A stretch of 64,000 nt of DNA, from NCBI GenBank assembly GCA_001802945.1, contig MHAK01000016.1, positions 6,803 through 70,802 on the forward strand, written 5' to 3'. Shown one piece after another: positions 26,733 to 34,684 of the stretch. The DNA comes from Ignavibacteria bacterium RIFCSPLOWO2_12_FULL_56_21 (GTDB lineage: Bacteria; Bacteroidota; Ignavibacteria; UBA10030). Positions within the stretch are counted from its first letter, which is position 1. Every line of letters starts with the position of its first letter. Below the pieces are notes generated by a model that ran no database searches, was not told the origin of the DNA, and worked only from the letters and a program-made list of their open reading frames with translations. A program made the position numbers and the translations under genes.

Positions 26733-27746
26733 ATGAGCTCACGAGAGGTCTGGGTGTTTGTCGAATTGCGCAACGGGCGTCCTGCCGATGTGAGTTTCGA
26801 GCTGCTGTCGAAAGGGCACAAACTTGCCCAGGCGATCGGAGGTCGGTTGCTGTCGGTCGTCATCGGTCGCAACACGTCGTCTATCGGTAAAGAGACGTTT
26901 CGGTATGGCGCGGACGAAGCTCTGCTTGTCGACGACCCCGCGCTCGAGTTCTACAGAACCATGCCGTTTGCCCGGGTCATGACCGACCTTGTCCGCGCCA
27001 GACAGCCGCGCATAGTACTCTTCGGAGCGACGATTATCGGGCGCGACCTAGCGCCGCGCGTCGCGTCTGCAACCCGCAGCGGCCTTACCGCCGATTGTAC
27101 AGACCTCCAGATCTCGGACGTCTCCTATCTCCGGAGGAACTATCCGCAGCTCCTGTTGCAGATTCGCCCGGCGTTCGGCGGGAATATCATTGCGACGATC
27201 ATCACGCCCGACAATCCGGTACAAATGGCGACTGTCCGCGAAGGGGTCATGGAGAAGCATCGCCTGGAAGATCGCGGGAACGGTGTTCTTACAAAGATCC
27301 CGTATACGGCGCACGACATAGATGGTCTCGTGGAGATCGTTGAGCAGCATCGGGAAGAAAGCAAAGTGAACCTCAAAGCGGCATCCATCATCGTCGCGGG
27401 CGGTTATGGGTTGAAGACGAAAGAGAACTTCGGACTCATCCGCGATTTTGCGCACGTTTTGGGGGCGGAAGTTGCGGGGAGCAGGGCCGCGGTCGACGCG
27501 GGGTTTATCCCCCCGGAGCGGCAGGTCGGCCAGACCGGCACGACGGTGCGCCCGAAGCTGTACATCGCCGTCGGAATATCGGGGGCGATTCAGCACAGAG
27601 CAGGCATGCAGGAGTCAAACAAGATCGTCGCCATCAACACGGACCCGGATGCGCCGATCTTCGGCATCAGTCACTACGGTATCGTGGGTGATGCGATGGA
27701 GGTGATTCCGAGATTCATCGAAGTGTATAAGAACAAGTTGAAGTAG
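26733..27746 (+). CDS. etfA: electron transfer flavoprotein alpha subunit
   Basis: 337 aa. EVWVFVE, IIVAGGYG, VGQTGTTVRPKLYIAVGISGAIQHRAGM and IVAINTDPDAPIF. The internal ATG 26733 is used because the ORF-track extension overlaps etfB. Confidence 0.9.
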   Translation: MSSREVWVFVELRNGRPADVSFELLSKGHKLAQAIGGRLLSVVIGRNTSSIGKETFRYGADEALLVDDPALEFYRTMPFARVMTDLVRARQPRIVLFGATIIGRDLAPRVASATRSGLTADCTDLQISDVSYLRRNYPQLLLQIRPAFGGNIIATIITPDNPVQMATVREGVMEKHRLEDRGNGVLTKIPYTAHDIDGLVEIVEQHREESKVNLKAASIIVAGGYGLKTKENFGLIRDFAHVLGAEVAGSRAAVDAGFIPPERQVGQTGTTVRPKLYIAVGISGAIQHRAGMQESNKIVAINTDPDAPIFGISHYGIVGDAMEVIPRFIEVYKNKLK

Positions 27747-27786
27747 CACTGTACGCGATAATATGTAGGCCTCGGTCAGAAGAAAA

Positions 27787-27904
27787 ACGCCAAGGGGCCA
27801 AGAGAGCCAAGAACGCCAAGTGATAATTGAACCAATGAAAAATTGTCATTCAGCTTGGCGTCCTTGGCGGGCAGCGACGTACGTGGCCTTGGCACCTTGG
27901 CGTT
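27787..27904. repeat. family B tandem-word hairpin (GCCAAG x4 / CTTGGC x4)
   Basis: ACGCCAAGGGGCCAAGAGAGCCAAGAACGCCAAG, an AT-rich 33-nt loop, then CTTGGCGTCCTTGGCGG ... GGCCTTGGCACCTTGGCGTT. It lies between etfA and the acyl-CoA dehydrogenase gene. Confidence 0.7.
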
Positions 27905-27969
27905 AATCTTTCAAAAATGAATGAAGTACCACAAGCCATCTCGAATGACTCATTCAGTACACCACACGC

Positions 27970-29697
27970 ATGCCCAACTACTTTCTTGACAACGCCGACA
28001 TCCAGTTCCACTTCAGTCGCCTAGACCTGCGCGAGATCGCCGCGATGCAGGAGGAGAACTACACTCAGGCGAAGGAGTTCCCCGAGGCTCCAGTGGATTA
28101 CGACGACGCGATGACGAACTATCGGAAGGTCCTGGAAGTCGTGGGCGATCTCGCAGGGAATCGCATTGCGCCCCGTGCAGCCGGCGTTGACCACGACGGG
28201 GCAACGCTTGCGGACGGCAAGGTCTCGTATGCTCCCGGGACGCAGCGGAACGTACGAGAGCTTGGTCAAGCGGAGCTCATGGGATTGATCTTCCCGCACA
28301 CATACGACGGGTTGAACTTTCCGTTCACGATCTACATGATGGCTGTAGAGGTGATGGCGCGTGCAGATGCTTCTTTAATGAATATTTTCGGTCTGCAGGA
28401 TATCGGTGATACGATCAAGAAATTCGGCACAGAAAAGCAACGGAGACAGTATCTCCCGGAATTCAGCGCCGGCGTGTCGACGGGAGCCATGGCACTCACC
28501 GAACCTGACGCCGGTTCGGACCTCCAGGCCGTCAAACTCCAGGCGTACCAGAACGGGGACGGCACATGGTTTCTGCGGGGCGTCAAGCGATTCATCACCA
28601 ACGGCAACGGCGAGCTGCTGCTTGTGCTGGCACGGTCGGAGCCGGGAACGAAGGACGGAAGAGGTCTCAGTCTGTTCGTCTGCCGCAGCGGGAAAACTGT
28701 GAAGATCCGGCGGATCGAAAACAAGCTCGGCATCCACGGCTCTCCGACCTGTGAGCTCCAATTCAACGACACGCCGGCAGAGCTTCTTGGTGCTCGGAAG
28801 TTCGGGCTTATCAAGTACGTGTTCGACCTCATGTATCGGGCCCGCATGGGCGTTTCCGCGCAGGCTTTAGGTATCTCACAGGCGGCCTACGATGAGGCGT
28901 ACCGGTATGCAAAGGACCGGGTGCAATTCGGCAAGCCGATCGTGTCGATACCGGCCGTTGCAAACATGCTCATCGAAATGCGGGTCACGCTCGAGGCCAA
29001 CAGGTCGCTGTTCTACAGCGCGGCACAATGTGTCGACCGGAAAGAGAAGTACGAAGAGCTTGCCGAACGGTTGAAGTCAGAAGGCAAGCCATTCGCAGAA
29101 GAGGCAGCCAAAGCAAAGCAAGCGGCCCGGGTCGCGAATCTCTTGACGCCGATGACGAAATACGTGCTCACGGAATCGTCCAATCGAATCTCGTACGATG
29201 CGCTGCAAATCCACGGCGGGACGGGCTACATGAAGGAATTCCGGGTGGAGCGGCTCGCACGCGATGCCCGTATCACGAACATCTACGAAGGAACGTCGCA
29301 ACTGCAGATCGTCGCAGCCTCCGGACAGGTGACCAACGATATTCTCCGGGAGTACTTTGACGATAAAGAAGCCAAGAATTATCGAGGAGGATTGGTCATG
29401 CTGGCGGAACGTCTCAAAGAAATGCGGCACATCTTCAAGACGTGTCTCGCATATGTGATGGGAAAAAGAGATCAGTCCTTTGTTGATGTCGCGGCGAAAG
29501 ATCTCGTGGACCTTTACAGCTATCTCTACGTCGGATATCTTGTGCTCGACGAGGCGGAGGAAGATGCTCGGAAAGTGTTCATCGCGAACAGATACATTCT
29601 CTCCGCTTTGTCGCAATCGCGCAAGTGTGCGGAGTCGATCACGAACGGCGTCTTCTCGGATCTTTTGCACGCGGAGAAGATCCTGAACGTCAACTGA
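27970..29697 (+). CDS. acyl-CoA dehydrogenase (long form with C-terminal extension)
   Basis: 575 aa. ALTEPDAGSD, KRFITNGNG, GGTGYMKEFRVERLARDARITNIYEGTSQ. Confidence 0.9.
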   Translation: MPNYFLDNADIQFHFSRLDLREIAAMQEENYTQAKEFPEAPVDYDDAMTNYRKVLEVVGDLAGNRIAPRAAGVDHDGATLADGKVSYAPGTQRNVRELGQAELMGLIFPHTYDGLNFPFTIYMMAVEVMARADASLMNIFGLQDIGDTIKKFGTEKQRRQYLPEFSAGVSTGAMALTEPDAGSDLQAVKLQAYQNGDGTWFLRGVKRFITNGNGELLLVLARSEPGTKDGRGLSLFVCRSGKTVKIRRIENKLGIHGSPTCELQFNDTPAELLGARKFGLIKYVFDLMYRARMGVSAQALGISQAAYDEAYRYAKDRVQFGKPIVSIPAVANMLIEMRVTLEANRSLFYSAAQCVDRKEKYEELAERLKSEGKPFAEEAAKAKQAARVANLLTPMTKYVLTESSNRISYDALQIHGGTGYMKEFRVERLARDARITNIYEGTSQLQIVAASGQVTNDILREYFDDKEAKNYRGGLVMLAERLKEMRHIFKTCLAYVMGKRDQSFVDVAAKDLVDLYSYLYVGYLVLDEAEEDARKVFIANRYILSALSQSRKCAESITNGVFSDLLHAEKILNVN

Positions 29698-29716
29698 GTG
29701 TCCGGTTTTATTCTTG

Positions 29717-29950
29717 AACCGCGAATCAACGCGAATGGACGCGAATTGTAAATGTTTCTCTTGTTGTAATTCTCGAACTGTTGGTACAAATCTTTCGCGC
29801 TTATTAGAAGCCATCTCAAAAACCCACAAACTGCGGCGGATTTCGGCGGTTTCGGGGTGACGGTCCAGACCATTTTTGAGATGGCCTCTAGTGATTATTA
29901 GCGCTTACTAGCGCCTGCCCGCCGTCTTTTGGGCGGGTTCATTCGCGGTT
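29717..29950. repeat. composite repeat: family A outer arms enclosing a ~100-nt element with 14-nt terminal inverted repeats
   Basis: Left arm AACCGCGAATCAACGCGAATGGACGCGAAT. Inner element 29805-29904 (TAGAAGCCATCTCAAAA ... TTTGAGATGGCCTCTAGTGATTATTAGCGC). GC hairpin CCCGCCgtcttttGGCGGG. Right arm GTTCATTCGCGGTT. Confidence 0.6.
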
Positions 29951-30014
29951 TATTCTCTTAAGACGCGTCCTACCGCGACACCGGTACAATGATAGATCGA
30001 AGGAGGAAGCACAT

Positions 30015-30212
30015 ATGTACTACTATCGCATCTACGACGACAAGGAGCAATTGAATTTTTTCAAGAGCTCGCTCGATCGGAAGACCATCGACGCGTTCAA
30101 GCTTGAGTTCGAACGCGATCATAGGAGTTGCTGCAATCCAGACTTTCTGAAGTTCCTCAAAACGAGGGATCAGGAGGTCGAGACGTTTACGATCAGCGAC
30201 ATTTCATACTAG
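30015..30212 (+). CDS. hypothetical 65-aa protein
   Basis: Strong SD GAAGGAGGAAG lies 6 nt upstream of the ATG. The sequence is visibly AT-richer than its surroundings and contains a CC pair. No family recognised. Confidence 0.45.
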   Translation: MYYYRIYDDKEQLNFFKSSLDRKTIDAFKLEFERDHRSCCNPDFLKFLKTRDQEVETFTISDISY

Positions 30213-30232
30213 TTCACCTTCGTGAAAGTTCG

Positions 30233-30348
30233 TAGAAGCCAACTCAAAAGTATTTCCCACAGAAGTCACAAAATCAATGTTTGTGCGTTTTTGTGGCTCA
30301 TTCTTTTCCGCGGTGCAGTCTTTGAGATGGGTTGTAGTTATTAGTGGC
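30233..30348. repeat. second copy of the inner element seen at 29805-29904
   Basis: TAGAAGCCAACTCAAAAG ... CTTTGAGATGGGTTGTAGTTATTAGTGGC shares both termini with copy 1. Here it is flanked by CTTCGTG words (30218, 30349). Confidence 0.5.
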
Positions 30349-30402
30349 CCTTCGTGGAAAATGTTTTGGCCGGGCTATACCAGGAGCTTCGAAGTATTAT
30401 TT

Positions 30403-30428
30403 TTGCGAATAGGAATCCAAGTTCGCAA
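30403..30428. promoter_or_regulatory. perfect 7-bp inverted repeat, candidate enhancer-binding-protein site
   Basis: TTGCGAA-N12-TTCGCAA, located 80-105 nt upstream of the -24 element at 30508. Confidence 0.35.
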
Positions 30429-30507
30429 TGATTCTCACTTCGTATAATCCGAGTGCTATTTTCTGCCAAAATCGCCTCTTTCTCAAATTTTCGACCGGGG
30501 CAAGTTC

Positions 30508-30523
30508 TGGCACACAGGTTGCC
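30508..30523 (+). promoter_or_regulatory. sigma-54 promoter candidate (exact consensus) upstream of the 2-oxoacid:ferredoxin oxidoreductase operon
   Basis: TGGCACACAGGTTGCC is an exact TGGCAC-N5-TTGC. It lies 49 nt upstream of the ATG at 30572. Confidence 0.65.
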
Positions 30524-30571
30524 CTTTTGTGTATAAGCACATGACCATGCAATGAATTCGAACTCAACTCT

Positions 30572-30826
30572 ATGATCCGCGGAACCGTTCTCGTCGCTCA
30601 GGAGATCTGCAAGGGCTGTGAATTGTGTGTCATCGCCTGCCCGCAGGACTGCCTCGGCCTCTCGGAGACTCTGAACAAGAAAGGGTACCGGTTCGCCATG
30701 CTCACGGCGGATTCGTGCACCGGCTGTGAGAACTGCGCACTGGTATGTCCGGATGCCGCACTGACGGTCTACCGCGAGCCAAAGCCCGTCCGTCGACCGG
30801 CGACATCCGTCCAAGGTGCCGCATGA
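30572..30826 (+). CDS. 2-oxoacid:ferredoxin oxidoreductase delta subunit (2x[4Fe-4S] ferredoxin)
   Basis: 84 aa. [12 protein letters not shown] and [16 protein letters not shown] overlap with the alpha subunit gene. The gene order is like oorDABC. Confidence 0.85.
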   Translation: MIRGTVLVAQEICKGCELCVIACPQDCLGLSETLNKKGYRFAMLTADSCTGCENCALVCPDAALTVYREPKPVRRPATSVQGAA

Positions 30827-31920
30827 GCCCGGTACAGCGGACGACGACACTGATGAAAGGGAACGAAGCGCTTGCTGAGGCGGCGCTACGCTCCGATATG
30901 GATGCTTATTTCGGCTATCCGATCACGCCCCAGTCGGAGATCCTCGAGTATCTCATCATCCATGGACCCAAACGAGGATCCGTCGTGTTGCAAGCAGAAA
31001 GCGAAGTGGCCGCGATCAATATGGTCTACGGTGCGGCCGGAGCCGGAGCGCGCGTCATGATCTCGTCGTCGTCCCCCGGGATCAGTCTGATGCAGGAAGG
31101 GCTCTCCTATATCGCATCCGCACAGATCCCGTGTCTCGTCGTCAATGTTCAGCGCGGCGGTCCGGGACTCGGCACCATTCAGCCCGCGCAAGGCGACTAT
31201 TTCCAGGCGACGAAAGGAGGCGGACACGGCGATTACCGTCTCATCGTCCTCGCGCCATCGTCAGTCCAGGAAATGGCGGATTTCGTGCCGGAAGGATTTC
31301 GACTCGCGGAAAAATACCGCAATCCGGTGATGATTCTTTCGGACGGAGCGCTTGGTCAAATGATGGAAAGCGTCCAACTTCCTGAACAGGGATCACTGCC
31401 GAAGTCCATTCCCGCTTGGGCGACCAGAGGCAAGCCGGAGAATCGGGAGCGAAACATCATTACGTCCCTCTTCATCGATCCTGAGCGCATGGAGCAGGTC
31501 AACATCGAGTTGCAGAAAAAGTATGCGGCCGTGCAATCGGAAGCCCGCGCCGAGCTGGACCGGACGAAGGATGCCGAGATCGTCCTCGTCGCCTTTGGAC
31601 TCGCGGCGCGCATTTGTCAAAAGGTCGTGGATATTGCGAGGGAGCGCGGAAAGTCCGTCGGCCTCTTCCGGCCGATCACACTCTACCCATTCCCCACCGA
31701 CATACTCTCCCGCACGGCGGATCACGCGGAACACTTCCTCGTCGTGGAAATGAACGCCGGACAAATGGTGGAAGATGTGAGACTGGCGGTCAACGGACGA
31801 CGTTCGGTCGACTTTACGGGACGTATGGGAGGCATCATCCCCACTCCGGAAGAAATACTTCAGAAGATTGAAAGTCTGACAGTAAGCACCACTGATCAAG
31901 CTTTACAAGGTATGCCATGA
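30823..31920 (+). CDS. 2-oxoacid:ferredoxin oxidoreductase alpha subunit
   Basis: [30 protein letters not shown] and [19 protein letters not shown]. Substrate (2-oxoglutarate or another 2-oxoacid) cannot be decided by eye. Confidence 0.9.
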   Translation: MSPVQRTTTLMKGNEALAEAALRSDMDAYFGYPITPQSEILEYLIIHGPKRGSVVLQAESEVAAINMVYGAAGAGARVMISSSSPGISLMQEGLSYIASAQIPCLVVNVQRGGPGLGTIQPAQGDYFQATKGGGHGDYRLIVLAPSSVQEMADFVPEGFRLAEKYRNPVMILSDGALGQMMESVQLPEQGSLPKSIPAWATRGKPENRERNIITSLFIDPERMEQVNIELQKKYAAVQSEARAELDRTKDAEIVLVAFGLAARICQKVVDIARERGKSVGLFRPITLYPFPTDILSRTADHAEHFLVVEMNAGQMVEDVRLAVNGRRSVDFTGRMGGIIPTPEEILQKIESLTVSTTDQALQGMP

Positions 31921-32693
31921 CGCCGAAAGAACGCATCAACGGGTACCAGCTCGTCTACCATCGTCCCGATACTTTGACGGATAACCCGACGCATTACTGT
32001 CCGGGCTGCAGTCATGGAGTGGTGCATAGGGTCATGATGGAAGTCGTGAAAGAGATGGGGATACAAGATCGGACGGTTGGAGTTGCTCCGGTAGGATGTG
32101 CTGTCTTCGCCTACAACTACATGAATGTGGATATGCAGGAAGCCGCCCACGGCCGGGCGACTGCCGTGGCCACGGGCATTAAGCGCGTACTGCCCGACCG
32201 GTATGTGTTTACGTATCAGGGAGACGGCGATCTTGCGGCTATTGGAACGAGCGAAACTATCCATACCGTCAATCGTGGAGAGAACATCCTCATCGTCTTC
32301 ATCAACAATGGAGTGTATGGCATGACCGGCGGCCAGATGGCCCCAACGACCCTTCTGGGAATGAAGACGACGACATCTCCTATGGGAAGGGACGTTGTCA
32401 CCATGGGACATCCTCTGGACATAACACCGTTGATAGCGCAACTTCCGGGAGCATTGTTTGTGACGCGGCACAGTGTCCATACGCCTGCGGCTGTCCGAAA
32501 GCTCAAGAAAGCGCTTCGACTGGCATTCGAATACCAGCCTTTGAACAAAGGCACATGCTTCGTCGAAGTGGTATCCAACTGTCCTTCGGGTTGGAAGATG
32601 ACGCCGCGTGAAGCCAATGCGTGGATGGAGAAGAATATGTTTACGGCGTACCCCCCTGGCGATGTAAAGCTGCCGCCTCCCGGGCTGAACTAG
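31917..32693 (+). CDS. 2-oxoacid:ferredoxin oxidoreductase beta (TPP-binding) subunit
   Basis: CPGCSHG, GDGDLAAIG and NNGVYGMTGGQ. ATGA overlap with the alpha subunit gene. Confidence 0.9.
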   Translation: MTPKERINGYQLVYHRPDTLTDNPTHYCPGCSHGVVHRVMMEVVKEMGIQDRTVGVAPVGCAVFAYNYMNVDMQEAAHGRATAVATGIKRVLPDRYVFTYQGDGDLAAIGTSETIHTVNRGENILIVFINNGVYGMTGGQMAPTTLLGMKTTTSPMGRDVVTMGHPLDITPLIAQLPGALFVTRHSVHTPAAVRKLKKALRLAFEYQPLNKGTCFVEVVSNCPSGWKMTPREANAWMEKNMFTAYPPGDVKLPPPGLN

Positions 32694-32786
32694 GGAATGC
32701 CGGTGGAAGTATGCACTATGGAGTAGGCAGACGAGAGAAAGATTTGTCGCCTGGAAAGTGCTCAGTAGTCAGTACTGAGTTTGGAG

Positions 32787-32843
32787 AAAGCGAAAGCGCT
32801 TGCCGATTGGCTCCTGGCGCTATGCGCTTTGCGCCTTGCGCAA
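32787..32843. repeat. family D tandem-word repeat inside the beta-gamma gap
   Basis: GAAAGCGAAAGCGC ... GGCGCTATGCGCTTTGCGCCTTGCGCAATATGC. A related copy is at 25541-25573. Confidence 0.55.
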
Positions 32844-32959
32844 TATGCTTTTCGATTGACGACCCGCCTGCCTTCGAAGAACCCAAAGGGCGGACAGGTT
32901 TTCGATTCACTATTCACCAACACAGATTCTCATTAGGCCATTAGAAAGCGCATTTTGCC

Positions 32960-33535
32960 ATGTTCGTCACGCACGAGCTCATCATCGCAGGATTTGGCGG
33001 CCAGGGGGCCCTATCCATGGGGCAGATCCTTGCGTACGCCGCCACGATCGAGGGTCGCGAAGTCTCCTGGATGCCATCGTACGGTCCTGAGATGAGGGGC
33101 GGAACGGCGAACTGCATTGTCATCGTTGCAGAGAAAAGGATCAGCTCGCCGATCGTCACGATGTTCGATTCCGCGATCGTGCTCAATCAGCCGTCGCTCG
33201 ACAAGTTTCTGCCGCGTGTGAAGACGGGAGGTCTGGTACTTGTCGAGGAATCGACCGTCAAGGTTCCGCCGGGATCGCCGGCGCTGGAGGTCGTTCGTAT
33301 CGCGGCGGTTCATGAGGCGGACATCCTCGGCGCGCGTCAAGTGGCCAACACGGTCATGCTCGGGGCGTTCCTGGCAAAACGACCGCTTGTTCAGGTGGAA
33401 AGTGTGGTGAAGGCGCTGGAAAAAGTCTTGCCGCCTCATCGCAGACATTTGCTCGACATGAACCGGCGTGCCCTTGAGCGGGGCGCGGAGCTCGCCGGTC
33501 ATTCGGAGAAACTCACGGCCGGCTCGACGGCCTGA
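32960..33535 (+). CDS. 2-oxoacid:ferredoxin oxidoreductase gamma subunit
   Basis: 191 aa. IIAGFGGQGALSMGQILA ... SYGPEMRGGTANC is typical of the gamma subunit. Confidence 0.9.
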   Translation: MFVTHELIIAGFGGQGALSMGQILAYAATIEGREVSWMPSYGPEMRGGTANCIVIVAEKRISSPIVTMFDSAIVLNQPSLDKFLPRVKTGGLVLVEESTVKVPPGSPALEVVRIAAVHEADILGARQVANTVMLGAFLAKRPLVQVESVVKALEKVLPPHRRHLLDMNRRALERGAELAGHSEKLTAGSTA

Positions 33536-33559
33536 CCTCTCGGAAGGAGGAACGGATCT

Positions 33560-33823
33560 ATGCTGCATGAATCATTGAAATGCGAGCACGCGTGCAGAAA
33601 CACGTGCGCGATGCTGACCTCGATTCTCCGCGAGGAAACGGAGTTGATCAAGTCGTACGAGTACATCCTGAAGGAATGCGACTATCCGGACGTTTCTTCG
33701 TTTGTCCGGCATTTGATCGAATCAAAGAGCAGGTCCATTCTGAAGATCCTTCAGAAGCTGAACGAGCTTCGGGCCCGAGGCGAGATCGGTGACGGCGTTA
33801 TGGCGAGTTACGACCGACCCTGA
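33560..33823 (+). CDS. hypothetical helical protein (87 aa)
   Basis: Strong SD GGAAGGAGGAA. Four Cys near the N-terminus (CEHACRNTC ... C). No family recognised. Confidence 0.5.
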   Translation: MLHESLKCEHACRNTCAMLTSILREETELIKSYEYILKECDYPDVSSFVRHLIESKSRSILKILQKLNELRARGEIGDGVMASYDRP

Positions 33824-33856
33824 CGAGGGGCGAAGCGTCCCGAAGGGAGGGACAGC

Positions 33857-34612
33857 ATGAACGCCCAGGATGTTGTCATGTTGAATGCGATCGCGCCGCC
33901 CTATGGGCGGTCCGAGTTGCGGCAGTTTGCACAGCGTGCGATGACGATGGGGATGACGTTCTCTACCGCAGTGATGCTGGCGACCGTCGGCACGTATCAC
34001 CTTGTTGAATACCTCCAAAGCGAAGACGAAGCACCCACCGTCCGCATACGAATGAAGTACAGCGAACTGGGACCGCCCCCCTCACTGCAAGCCGCGGAAA
34101 CTCTGCCGACGGTCGGCGTGCAAAGCAACGCCATCAAGCCGAGTATCGGCATCCCCGTTCCGGTCCCCGATGCCGAAGTAAACCCAGATCAGACGTTCGC
34201 ATCTCAAACGGAGCTTTCTGCCGAGCAGAATCCGGCATTGCGCGACAATGAGGCGGACGGCGCCGGCGGGATCTCCATCGAGCAGGACATCCAGATCGAC
34301 GAGCCGGGCATGGACGAGTTTATACCGGTCGAGAAGGAACCGATGGTCGTCCGGGCTGTGAAGCCGAAGTATCCTCAGATTGCGCAGATGGCGGGGATCG
34401 AGGGGACTGTGTGGGTGAAGATCCTCGTCGGCAAGGACGGAAGGCCGAAGCGGGCTGTGATCATGAAGGAGATCCCGGAAGGGACGTTTCGCGAAGCGTC
34501 GCTGGAAGCTGCGATGCAATATATTTTCACCCCGGCCTACATGAATTCGGGGCCCGTTCAGGTGTGGACAGCCGTGAGGTTCAAGTTCGTACTGCAGACA
34601 ACACCCTCGTAG
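33857..34612 (+). CDS. TonB-family energy transducer
   Basis: N-terminal TM helix, a Pro-rich linker, and a C-terminal TonB domain (PKYPQIAQMAGIEGTVWVKILVGKDGRP ... FTPAYMNSGPVQVW). Confidence 0.75.
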   Translation: MNAQDVVMLNAIAPPYGRSELRQFAQRAMTMGMTFSTAVMLATVGTYHLVEYLQSEDEAPTVRIRMKYSELGPPPSLQAAETLPTVGVQSNAIKPSIGIPVPVPDAEVNPDQTFASQTELSAEQNPALRDNEADGAGGISIEQDIQIDEPGMDEFIPVEKEPMVVRAVKPKYPQIAQMAGIEGTVWVKILVGKDGRPKRAVIMKEIPEGTFREASLEAAMQYIFTPAYMNSGPVQVWTAVRFKFVLQTTPS

Positions 34613-34684
34613 CGCAGAGGTAAATTGCGTGAGGTGCATAGGCTCAACTTCCCATTCATTCCCCACCTCCTGAAGGAAGCCACC

